Assembly (NCBI GenBank): GCA_964016885.1
Contig: OZ024742.1
Location: forward strand, 316,324,001-316,388,000
From: Eledone cirrhosa
Taxonomy: Eukaryota
DNA: 64,000 nt
Direction: 5' to 3'
A program made the translations under genes and the position numbers. Of this stretch, positions 1-14,156 are shown piece by piece; position 1 is the stretch's first letter, and each line of letters starts with the position of its first letter. The notes beneath the pieces are model-generated. The model saw nothing but the letters and a program-made list of their open reading frames with translations, did not search any database and was not told the origin of the DNA.

Positions 1-49
1 TGCAGCTGGAACTACTGCCGCCCATTGATTTGGCAGGATTTTTTTTTTT

Positions 50-200
50 AGATGGCCGTTGACTTTTGAGTTCTTCCGCCCTTTGTCAGGTATTGTTTTT
101 TGTCCTGCAGGGTGTCCAAAATCAACCTCCTCACCAAGTAAACTTGGTGGGGTTGCCGGTTTAGTCGCTGATGATCCGACCATGCGACAGGTTGTACTCA
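50..200 (-). mobile_element. Fragment of the RTE-derived element head
   Basis: Matches 53235-53380 and the reverse complement of 19470-19615. Confidence 0.65.
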
Positions 201-369
201 AGAATGACGTGACATTTATGAGCTAAATTCACTATCATTATATAAGTCTTTCCATTTTCTAGGGTTTAAGGCATTATGTATATATTGTCGTATTTATAAT
301 GTGCTAACTACTATGTATAAGGATTATATTCAGACATTATTTTATGTAATTTGGTGTGTTTAGTTAAAT

Positions 370-561
370 CGGGTGAATTGGCAATATCCGGAGAGAGTCG
401 GACGCCATGTTTTGTCGCATAGATTTGCGGTCCTTTACGGTCTGAGTTCAAATCCCGCTGAGGTTAACTTTGTCTTTCATCCTTACGGGGTCGATAAAAT
501 AAAGTACCAATAATGCACTGGGATAATTGCTGGCCTTGTGCCAAAAGTATAAACAATTATT
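370..561 (+). mobile_element. tRNA-derived SINE
   Basis: Same family as 31868-32061. Confidence 0.85.
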
Positions 562-1780
562 TAAAGTAATTTGGTGTGTTTAGTTACATTTAAATAGTTA
601 TTGGTGTTAATTTCGTTATACATAAATCAGTGTGATTTATATATTTTTAAAACTGTTAATTGTTTTTTTTTATAATGCTGCATACAATTTAATACATCTT
701 AGCCAATACTTCCGGTCCTAACAACATAATTTCATATAGAATTTACTTCAATATAGTTGGTATTCTGCATGTATGTATATATATATTCGTATATATTCGT
801 TTCAGTACAAGTGTGTATTTGCTTTTATATGTGTGTATTTGGTAGAATATTTATTACAAAGTGTGTGGTTCTATGTGACTGTCTTATAAATATAACTTGG
901 TATATAATTACTACGTCACTGAATGACCTCCGAGTAAAGGGATTGGTATTAGTGAAGACAACCAGCTGTAAAAACTATGTTAATTAAGCTGGAATGTATT
1001 TAGTGAAACATGGTCTTGAAAACCCCTAGGAAAAAGTAACCCAATTAAAAGCTGGCTTCGTTTCTAACAACTCACCCAACCCATGTTAACATGGAAAATT
1101 GGACATAAAATAATGATCTCGACGATGATATTTATAACGTCTCCTTTTCTATTTAAGCGGCCACTGCCATCGTGCCACCTACGAGGCTATGTCCGCATTA
1201 GTGCTTTGGAAACCACAAGCAGTCACTAATAACAGGGGGCGCAAGCACTCCTTCCGCGATGTCATCTCCAGAGATTCTATGACTTGGCGACGCAATGAAC
1301 GACAGGCCCACGTGGAGATCAATTATTGAGTCCATTTCGGCTGAGGCAGCCGGATGATGATGATGATTTAATCGGTCAAAAGTGTTCCCCTTTCAATTTC
1401 TATATATATCATTTTCTCGACGTCTATCTGTCTCTCTCTGTTTCTCTATTTATCCCGCACATCTCCCTATCTCATTTTCACCTTTTCTCTTACTTACTCT
1501 CATAGAATCAGCTTCACAATGTTGTGAGAGTGTCTTGAGAGGCCAACCAAGAAGCATCATTCTTTCACATAATAGAACTGGAGGTTCGCAACCTATTTGC
1601 ATTAGAGTATGCTAGTAAAACTCGCAAAGTAACCATAGGGATTAACGAATGTTGACGTGCAAATGTATCGTAAGGTATGGGGTGGTTAAATTGGGTAAAT
1701 GATATAAATATATATATATATCATTAGTTCGGATCTAGCTGTCGAAACGGCCGGAGCACAGCCGTCGGGATCCTGAGTCT

Positions 1781-1829
<49 letters not shown>

Positions 1830-1833
<4 letters not shown>

Positions 1834-2179
1834 CAAATAATGAAACGAAATTAAATTTCGTTTCGCTTCTAACTCACTTTTGTATGACTGACGCTTAAAC
1901 AATTAAGTTAAAGTGTACATCTACATATGTATACGGAAGTATTAGTATGCATATAAATACACACATGTATACATATGTACATGTACTCAGCTTTTCACTA
2001 GACACTTTACAGTGAGTGTCAGCTCTAAAACCCGGTCCGCCTGTGTGGTTACATACAGACTAGCTGACACTCACTGTAAAGTGTCTAGTGAAAAGCTGAG
2101 TACATGTACATATGTATACATGTGTGTATTTATATGCATACTAATACTTCCGTATACATATGTAGATGTACACTTTAAC

Positions 2180-2185
<6 letters not shown>
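1830..2185. repeat. Fold-back cassette in (TA)n: 124-bp perfect inverted repeat (1901-2024 / 2062-2185), 37-nt spacer
   Basis: Arms are exact reverse complements; the left arm extends ~70 nt further to a (TA)n junction. Confidence 0.85.
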
Positions 2186-2925
<740 letters not shown>

Positions 2926-2928
2926 ATA

Positions 2929-2991
<63 letters not shown>

Positions 2992-2992
2992 G

Positions 2993-3074
<82 letters not shown>

Positions 3075-3270
3075 GATAAATCTACCAAGAGTTTACGGTA
3101 GTGTCCAATCCGTATGAAGAACTCAATGTAATCCGGATATCATGGAAAGAAGAGATGCAATGAAATATCACTTTCGGTGAAAGATAAACGGAATACAGAG
3201 TCAAGATAAAATATTAAAAAAATAATGAATAAAACAATGAAACAGTTCCTTATATTAAACAAAAAAAGTT

Positions 3271-3420
3271 CATTATTTAACGATCGTTTCTAGGATATAT
3301 ATGTGTTAGAATTGGCATGCATATTCAACAGATCTATGTACAAAATTATACAAAATTATACAAACTATCAAAATTAAATATACATACCAACACATATATA
3401 TGCGGTCTTCAGAAATAATG
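3271..3420 (-). ncRNA. Hammerhead ribozyme copy in the inverted pLTR
   Basis: Reverse complement of 10611-10760. Confidence 0.8.
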
Positions 3421-4790
3421 AAATATATTTATTGATAATAACACAATTCAAAATTACAGGTCTGTTTGGGAACAGAATTCAAATTGACCAATGAAAATAC
3501 AAAAAGTTTATACAGTTAAGTGTGTGTATATATGTAATTAACTTCGTTCACAGATATGCATAAAGATGTATGTTCACATGCATACGCATGCCAAAAAGAT
3601 GTATGTAAATACAAAAATTCAAGGCTAATGTCTCTGTATGTTTATAATCTACAGATAAAATACGTATAAAAACAAATATACACACACATTTTTATATACT
3701 CACACATATACGTACATTCACACACACACGCGCGTATACGCATAAACATACACACAACCACGAACATACATACACACACACACCCCCACGCACATATATA
3801 TGTGTGTATATACTATTATCATAAGCATATGGACATTAATGCGCGCACATAAACACTGCCACACATATTTAGATCCAGATACAGAAAGTAGGCATGCATA
3901 TTCAACAGATCTATGTACAAAATTATACAAAATTATACAAACTTTCAAAATTAAATATACATACCAACACATATATATGCCGTCTTCAGAAATAATGAAA
4001 TATATTTATTGATAATAACACAATTCAAAATTACAGGTCTGTCCTCTCCCCCCCCCGCCCACCTACTTTCTGTATCTGGATCTAAATATGTGTGGCAGTG
4101 TTTATGTGCGCGCATTAATCTCCATATGCTTATGATAATAGTATATACACACATATATATGTGCGTGGGGGTGTGTGTGTGTATGTATGTTCGTGGTTGT
4201 GTGTATGTTTATGCGTATACGCGCGTGTGTGTGTGAATGTACGTATATGTGTGAGTATATAAAAATGTGTGTGTATATTTGTTTTTATACGTATTTTATC
4301 TGTAGATTATAAACATACAGAGACATTAGCCTTGAATTTTTGTATTTACATACATCTTTTTGGCATGCGTATGCATGTGAACATACATCTTTATGCATAT
4401 CTGTGAACGAAGTTAATTACATATATACACACACTTAACTGTATAAACTTTTTGTATTTTCAATGGTCAATTTGAATTCTGTTCCCAAACAGACCTGTAA
4501 TTTTGAATTGTGTTATTATCAATAAATATATTTCATTATTTCTGAAGACGGCATCTCTTCTTTCCATGATATCCGGATTACATTGAGTTCTTCATACGGA
4601 TTGGACACTACCGTAAACTCTTGGTAGATTTATCTACATAATTTTGCTCCTATTCTCACGGAAATATTCGTATTTTTGTACTGTATGTGTGTGTTAATTT
4701 TATATTTATGTATATACATATATATGTATGATTTCGTAAACCCATATACATTTAGTTGAGCTCTTTCAATTGTCCATCATCCATATCACA

Positions 4791-7226
4791 ATGGAAAAAC
4801 AATATTTGGGAACCTCTTTAAAGAACATACCAATACCTTCTAAGGATGATTTCTTACTCCTTATGATTCAAAAAACTAACCAATTTATCAGAAGAGTTAG
4901 ATGGAGGGCCTACCACTTCGATAAAAAATCTAAATATGCAGATAGGAAATATATGTATGATTTCAATACTTACAAGAATCCACCACACAACTCTTTGCTT
5001 GAAGACTTTGAGAAAGACCTTTTTAATTTAATTAAACACCTCAAATTTAAAAAGTATAAATCTGTCTTTCAAAGGGACCTTGATTCTACCCTATTGGACC
5101 TAAAAAAGTCTAAAAAAATCCATGTCCACTCGGACAAAACTGGTAACTTGTATCACATGGATATTGAAGATTATAATGAATTCATATATAAAGAACTCAG
5201 GAAAAATTATAAAAAATCTAATAATGCGTCACTCACCAACATCAACAACAAATCACACAACATAGTAAAAAAACTAAACATTGAAGATAGAACTGAACCT
5301 TTGGCATTGAAAAGACCACACTTCAACCTGAAGGATCATAAATCAAACTTTAACTCAAATCCTTCTATAAGACTTATATGTCCCTCCAAATCTGATATTG
5401 GAATAATTAGCAAAAAAATTTTGGATAGAGTCATCCCACAAATAAGAAAACACGTTATTTTACCACTCTGGGAAAACACTTCCCAGGTAATTAACTGGTT
5501 TAAAAATATTAGATGTAAATCTTCTGCTTCATTTCTACAATTTGATATAGATAATTACTATTCTTCTATATCACCTATACTCCTGAACAAAGCTTTGATA
5601 TTTGCTAAAAATAGATCTAACTTAACTTTGGATGACATTAATATTATTACACATGCTAGACTAACACTTATTGAATTTCAGAATGAATACTGGACCAGAA
5701 ACACATATAGTAATCTATTCGATATTACTATGGGTTCAAGCGATTCCGCCCAAATTACTGATCTTGTGGGCCTCTTTCTCCTTTTCAACATAAATGCCTC
5801 CTTTCCCCACCTTAAAGGTGGTTTATATCGTGATGACTGTCTTCTTCTTTCCAACAACCTTAGCATTTCAGAAATAGAAAAAAACAAAAAGCATATTAGA
5901 ACTTTCCTTAAAGACTATTATAGTCTTCATATTACTTTTGAAAAAACAAGTAAAGTAGTAAATTTCCTAGATATAACTTTAGACTTAGCTACGGGTATCT
6001 ACCAACCTTACCATAAACCCAACCAAAACTTACACTACATACACTCACAATCTAATCACCCTAAATCTATCCTTAAAAACCTTGCATATAATATATCACT
6101 TAGAATTTCTAACCTTTCTTCTAACCAAGATATATTTGATAAAAATGCGACCTTTTATAATGAAGCTCTAGATAGAAGTGGCCACAAAAATAGATTAGAA
6201 TATATACCTTCTACTAAAAATACTATAAACATACAACCTAATATTACCAACAAACACCAAATGAAAAGTACACACCTAAATGCCACCCACACTATACCCC
6301 AAAATACCAACAACTCTTCTAATATAAAGTATAGTAACTCTCAAAAAACTACTCATCATACAACTCTAATAAATGTTAATAATAAAACTCCTAATAAACA
6401 AGATAAAACACCTAAATCTACAAATCTAACTAAAAATGGGCGTGGTGAGATCATTAACATTAATCCTCCTAGTAAACATCACGATACAACCTATAAAAAT
6501 AATAAACAACATAGAAACCGTAATAGACGGGTTACTTGGTATAATGCTCCATTTAATTTACAAATTAAGGATTATATTGCTAAAAATTTTTTTTATATCC
6601 TGGAGAAAAACTTCCCGCCAAACCACAAATACCATCAAATCTTAAATAGGTCTACAGTTAAATTCTCATACTCAACAACAAATAACATAAAACAAAATAT
6701 AAGTGCCTATAATGCATATAAATGTAAGAATACCATAAGTATACCACCAATACATCAAACTAACCATAATATCTCCTCAAATACAGAATTAACGAAAGGT
6801 TGTAACTGTAGAAACAAAGCAAACTGCCCATTAAAAGGAAATTGTCTTGTTAACAACATAGTTTATAAATGTAATGTTAAAACTAAAGATTCTATTTGTT
6901 CATATATAGGAGCTACTTCTAACAATTTTAAGGCAAGGTTTAATACCCACAAACATAGTTTTAAAAATCCCGCACTGGCTAATACAACATCTCTAGCAGA
7001 AAAAATCAATAGTTATAAAAATAAGAATATAGAATATGATATGACCTGGAGTGTGCTCAAAAGAGCCACCCCTTATCAAAATAATAGAAATGAATGTAGA
7101 TTATGTTCCCAAGAACTATTTGAAATAATGAAATCTAAGGATATCCTATTAAATAAACGACAGGAATTAATTATATCGTGTAATCATAAACTAAGAAAAA
7201 CATTTAAATATTATAAACCTAATTAA
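4791..7226 (+). CDS. Penelope-like element (Naiad-type) polyprotein: reverse transcriptase + C-terminal GIY-YIG endonuclease, intact ORF
   Basis: Uninterrupted ORF, first ATG at 4791. Motifs: N-terminal SLKNIP, SDKTGN (DKG-equivalent), RT motifs FDIDNYYSSI / ITMGSSDS / YRDD / VNFLDITLD, YIHSQSNHP, Cys cluster CNCRNKANCPLKGNC (CxCx5Cx5C), GIY-YIG-like NIVYKC...YIGATS..FKARF..H, C-terminal CRLC..E....N.R.E...CNH. Confidence 0.93.
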   Translation: MEKQYLGTSLKNIPIPSKDDFLLLMIQKTNQFIRRVRWRAYHFDKKSKYADRKYMYDFNTYKNPPHNSLLEDFEKDLFNLIKHLKFKKYKSVFQRDLDSTLLDLKKSKKIHVHSDKTGNLYHMDIEDYNEFIYKELRKNYKKSNNASLTNINNKSHNIVKKLNIEDRTEPLALKRPHFNLKDHKSNFNSNPSIRLICPSKSDIGIISKKILDRVIPQIRKHVILPLWENTSQVINWFKNIRCKSSASFLQFDIDNYYSSISPILLNKALIFAKNRSNLTLDDINIITHARLTLIEFQNEYWTRNTYSNLFDITMGSSDSAQITDLVGLFLLFNINASFPHLKGGLYRDDCLLLSNNLSISEIEKNKKHIRTFLKDYYSLHITFEKTSKVVNFLDITLDLATGIYQPYHKPNQNLHYIHSQSNHPKSILKNLAYNISLRISNLSSNQDIFDKNATFYNEALDRSGHKNRLEYIPSTKNTINIQPNITNKHQMKSTHLNATHTIPQNTNNSSNIKYSNSQKTTHHTTLINVNNKTPNKQDKTPKSTNLTKNGRGEIININPPSKHHDTTYKNNKQHRNRNRRVTWYNAPFNLQIKDYIAKNFFYILEKNFPPNHKYHQILNRSTVKFSYSTTNNIKQNISAYNAYKCKNTISIPPIHQTNHNISSNTELTKGCNCRNKANCPLKGNCLVNNIVYKCNVKTKDSICSYIGATSNNFKARFNTHKHSFKNPALANTTSLAEKINSYKNKNIEYDMTWSVLKRATPYQNNRNECRLCSQELFEIMKSKDILLNKRQELIISCNHKLRKTFKYYKPN

Positions 7227-7714
7227 TAACATTATTCTAGAAATTAATATATATTTTAATTTAAATGTTAGTTAACCTATAAATTTAATTTAATTAAAAT
7301 TCTACTACAGATGAGATTATAAAATATTGTGTAATCATAAATTATGAAAAACTTTTAAATATTACTAATATATACTTCGTAAATTAATTTATAGATTAAT
7401 TTTAATTTATTTAACCTTTTATTAAAATTCCTTTACAGATAAAATATAACAAAATATCGTGTATTCAATGACAGAGAAATAATTTTTAGTATTATAGACC
7501 TAATTAATGTACATTTTAGAAATATATTTATAATTTGGTTTTAAATTTGGTTAACCTAAAAACTTAATTTAATTGGCTTAAAATTAATATCCTAATACAG
7601 ATGGATTGCAGAGTGTCATGTAATCATAGACTGAGATAGGTTTTGGATGTATACCTAGTTAATATATTCTTTGCAATTTTTGAAAAAATATGTATATGTA
7701 TGTGTATATATGTG

Positions 7715-7747
<33 letters not shown>

Positions 7748-8309
7748 GTGTATATGTATGTGTGTATGTATTAATTTTAATTTCTGTTTACCTATAATTA
7801 TATTCTACTATGGATAAAATACAATATCTGTTTTAATTATTATAAACCTAATTAACATATACTATAGAAATTAATATATAATTTTTAATTTCGTTAACCT
7901 ATAATTTATATTCTACTACCGATGTAATACTTTATTTGTTTTTTCCCTATTACTAAATTCATTTCCTAATATTGATACCATAACGTTAATAATTTTAATT
8001 TAGTTATACTATAATTAATACCCTACTACTATTTAACTTCAAAATTCCGCTTCAAATATTATAAACCTAAGTAGTATACACCTTAGAAATCAATATATTA
8101 ACTATCTTTAATTTAGTTAACCTATAATTAATGGTATACTTATATTGAAATGCATAATTTTGCCTTCTTTCTTACATTTCCTAATACTGAAACTACTATG
8201 TAAACGCATATTATGATCTAAATACAGATTAATATTCTATGTTTCTTGAAACCTATATTTACTATAATCCCCCCCTCCCTCCCCTACTATTATTATTTGT
8301 ATTTATAAA

Positions 8310-10024
<1,715 letters not shown>

Positions 10025-10610
10025 TTTTCTTGATATATTTCTTTTTTATTTTTCTTTTCTTTTTATTTCTAAATTTATACATACATTTATAAATAGGCAG
10101 CTTGCTGACACCGCTAAATACTGACCTCTCCCCCCCCACCTACTTTCTGTATCTGGATCTAAATATGTGTGGCAGTGTTTATGTGCGCGCATTAATGTCC
10201 ATATGCTTATGATAATAGTATATACACACATATATATGTGCGTGGGGGTGTGTGTGTGTATGTATGTTCGTGGTTGTGTGTATGTTTATGCGTATACGCG
10301 CGTGTGTGTGTGAATGTACGTATATGTGTGAGTATATAAAAATGTGTGTGTATATTTGTTTTTATACGTATTTTATCTGTAGATTATAAACATACAGAGA
10401 CATTAGCCTTGAATTTTTGTATTTACATACATCTTTTTGGCATGCGTATGCATGTGAACATACATCTTTATGCATATCTGTGAACGAAGTTAATTACATA
10501 TATACACACACTTAACTGTATAAACTTTTTGTATTTTCATTGGTCAATTTGAATTCTGTTCCCAAACAGACCTGTAATTTTGAATTGTGTTATTATCAAT
10601 AAATATATTT

Positions 10611-10760
10611 CATTATTTCTGAAGACCGCATATATATGTGTTGGTATGTATATTTAATTTTGATAGTTTGTATAATTTTGTATAATTTTGTACATAGATC
10701 TGTTGAATATGCATGCCAATTCTAACACATATATATCCTAGAAACGATCGTTAAATAATG
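10611..10760 (+). ncRNA. Type I hammerhead ribozyme in the PLE 3' pLTR (long stem II)
   Basis: Stem I CATTATTT/AAATAATG, CTGAAGA at 10619-25, stem II ATATATATGTGTT/AACACATATATAT closing a long insert, GAAA at 10741-44, palindromic stem III CGATCG, GUU site. Confidence 0.8.
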
Positions 10761-10968
10761 AACTTTTTTTGTTTAATATAAGGAACTGTTTCATTGTTTT
10801 ATTCATTATTTTTTTAATATTTTATATATATATATATATATAGATAGATAGATAGATATATATATATAACTTCTCAACCTATTTATCATATATATTTTAT
10901 TATTGATGTTATTGTTTTGATTATACGCTATTTCTCTATATATATCTTGCCTCGAGCGAATTATTTTT

Positions 10969-11080
10969 GGATTCTGATGAGCTGGTCAGAGGTAAATAAT
11001 GTAATGGTGATCGACTGATGCAACTTCGAGCAATTAGCGATCTCTAGACTCACCTGATCAATGAAACAATTGTCAATACC
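10969..11080 (+). ncRNA. Type I hammerhead ribozyme in a (TA)-flanked cassette (~10945-11296)
   Basis: (GG)ATT-CTGATGA-..TGGTCAG(A)GGT...ACCTGATCA..-GAAA-CAATTG-TC-AAT(A)CC; palindromic stem III, GUC site; stem I imperfect. Confidence 0.7.
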
Positions 11081-11641
11081 TGAAATAAAGCCCTTTGCTG
11101 TACAGCCAACCATGTTACTCTTCATTCTTTCACTATTATTACTCCAAGTATAACCTACATCGGAATTACCGCGACCTCCCTGCCTAACTATGGAAACATC
11201 TTGTTGAGTCAAACAAAGCCGTACGTTAAAACTATCCACGAGGCAGAGCACTCACAACCTCTAACTGGATTACCTATAACGATAACTTGTCACCCCATAT
11301 ATATATATATATAACTTTGATAACTTTGATAGGTTTCGGCCAGTATTGGCCTAGACCATGTCTAACTTAATAGCACCACCGGGCGAAGTCTTACAAATCA
11401 GGGTCTGGGCACCATGGCCCACTCGAGTAGAGAATTATTGTTTAAGGAGGCATATCCGGGTGTAGGAGGCTTATCCGGATTTCTTGAAGGAATTTGTCCA
11501 AAGACTTCTTGAACTGTTTCTGTTTTGATGTGTATATATATATGTCCCTTCAATCTTTCTAATTTCTCATTCTTTCTTCTGATGATGGACTAGCGTCCTG
11601 GTATTTTAAGCATTAAACTAATATTTTCCTTCCATATACGT

Positions 11642-11673
<32 letters not shown>

Positions 11674-12020
11674 GCACAAAGATGCAAATATATATTGTTT
11701 TAATTATATTGTATTTTTAATAAAGGAGTTTCTATTTTTCTTATTTCCCAATTAGTTCTCTTTTTTATCCAACAGACTGGCAACTATATAACTATATATA
11801 CACAACTTTATCACTTACATACAGTCACATAGACACACTCACATACACACACACACATACGCACACACAAACAAAGCTTGAAGCGACTTAGAAGAAGGAG
11901 AAATTAAGATGAAAGGAATGAATTGACGTTAGACTTGAAAGAATGTGGAAAACAATGGGAAAGAGATCCAAAGGCTGACAGTTTGAGGAGAAAAGATAGG
12001 GCTGTAGAATGACTTCATTA

Positions 12021-12855
12021 TTTGAAGGGGATGGCAGTATTGGTAGAACGTCAGACACCATGCTTTGCAGCATAGAGTTATGGCCCTTTATATCCCGAGT
12101 TCAAATCCCCACGAGGTTAACTCTGCCATTCAATCCTTGCGGGGTCGATAACATAAAGCACCAGTAATACACTGGGGTATTTGCTGGCCTTGTGCCAAAA
12201 GTAGAAACAATTATTTGAAGGGCAGTGGATTGGCAATATCGGTAGAACGTCAGACACCATGCTTTGCAGCTAAGAGTTACGCCCCTTTATGATCTGAGTT
12301 CAAATCCCGCCTAGGTTAACTTTGCCTTTCACCCTTAGGGGTCGATAAAATAAAACATATGTAATGCACTGGGGTCGATTTAATCGACTTTCCCCTCCCC
12401 CTAAATTGCTGGCCTTGTGTCTATAGTAGAAATCCTTATTTGAAGGGCTGTGGATTGGCAGTATCAGTAGAACGTCAGACATCATGCTTTGCAACGTAGA
12501 GTTATGGCCCTTTACGTGCTGAGTTCAAATCCCCATGAGGTTAACTTTGCCTTTCAATCCTTACGGGCTCGATAAAATAAAGCACCATGGGTAATTGCTG
12601 GAGTAATTGGTGGCCTTGTGCCAAAAGTAGACACAATTATTTGAAGATTCTGTGAGTTTCGAGTTAGATGAGATGGCACAAAGTGATCTGGAACCGAGGC
12701 GGCGAATTGGTAGTGCCATTAGCATGTTGGATGGAATGGTTTGAAGTAAGCGTTCTGGCTCTCTGCTCTCCGAGTTCAAATTCCACTGAGGTCAATTTTG
12801 CCTTTCACCCTCATGAAGTCGATTAAAAATGTACCAGTTCAATACTGGGGGAGAT
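12021..12855 (+). mobile_element. Head-to-tail array of three SINEs plus a fourth related copy
   Basis: Units start after TTATTTGAAGGG at ~12021, ~12216 and ~12441; a further copy at ~12697-12855. Confidence 0.85.
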
Positions 12856-12916
12856 TCTTCCTCTATATCTCTTTCACACTTCATCTCTATCAGTATCTCT
12901 CTCTCTCTCTCCCTCA

Positions 12917-12962
<46 letters not shown>

Positions 12963-13816
12963 ATTCTCTTTCTTTCTGAGGAAGAAATCGGTTCCACCAG
13001 GTGTATCACTACAGCACACTTACGATCCATAAAAAAAACAAGGACATTCCTTTGCTGATACTTTCTGCTGGTTGCAATCCAGGAATATGTGTCACTGCTT
13101 TTACGGTAACAGGAGGTGGAATACGAACTAAAACCTCACAAAGTCTGGAAAGATACCGCAAAGCACCCCGTTTGATTCATCAACAATTCCGTTGATCTAC
13201 CACCCCTGGGTATGTCTTTTATTATCAACTCTAAAATGATGAATGGCAAAGTTGATTCAGAATGCAGAAAGCAGGCACTAATTCCAAGACATTTAATCCA
13301 TCGCTCTAACTACTCTGTCAATTCTCCACCGTATGTTTGTATAATGCCATTTTAAATGCAAGCGTTCATCACATACAAAAACAGTAACACAGTGAAAGCA
13401 TTAAAATAGTTCCATTAATGTAATTCCGCTAAATCTCACACTACTTAGAACACTCAATGGATAAAATAGATTAAAAACAGTATGGAAATGAAACCCTCAA
13501 AACACCCATTGTTCTATGAATGAACATCTTGATAATAGGCAACACATATATGTGTGTATATATATGTGTATTTTCGTCTCTGTGTGTGTTTTTTCCTTTA
13601 ATTTACTTACTATTAAAGAAAGAAGTTTACAATCTGGAAGTTAAAATTTCTCAACTAGGTAGTCATTTGTGTGTATAAGTGCACGTTTGTGTGTGTATGT
13701 ATGTATGTAATGTATGTATGCATGTATGTACGTAATGTATGTATGTATGTTCGTATGTACGTAATGTAGGTATGTATGTACGTAAATGTATGTATATTTG
13801 TGTGTATGTATGTTTG

Positions 13817-13852
<36 letters not shown>

Positions 13853-14156
13853 CATGTATATTTGTGTGAATGCATGTATATTTATGTGTATGCGTATAGG
13901 TATGCCTGTTATTCTTTATGTGAATCATTTTTATGTTTTAACTTATGCATATGTGAATATTTATTTCCTAATTAGAGGTTTCCTTTCTTGTTTTTGGAGC
14001 CTAGCTTCTGAAGACCTTTACAGTGGTAATTAGTTACATGTATGTATGTATGTATGTATGTATGTATGTATGTATGTATGTATGTATGTATGTATGTATG
14101 TATGTATGTATGTATGTGTGTATGTAGGTATGTCTGTCTGTATGTATGTATGTATG

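Noticed and set aside
4545-4560. Spliced-out intron in the 5' pLTR
   Set aside because: The removed segment lacks GT-AG ends and is bounded by a GCAT microhomology.
4791-8300. Selenocysteine-encoding Naiad
   Set aside because: The ORF has no in-frame TGA and the conserved Cys positions use TGT/TGC; no convincing SECIS seen.
11480-11640. CTGATGA at 11579 as a hammerhead
   Set aside because: No GAAA or stem III follows on the same strand.
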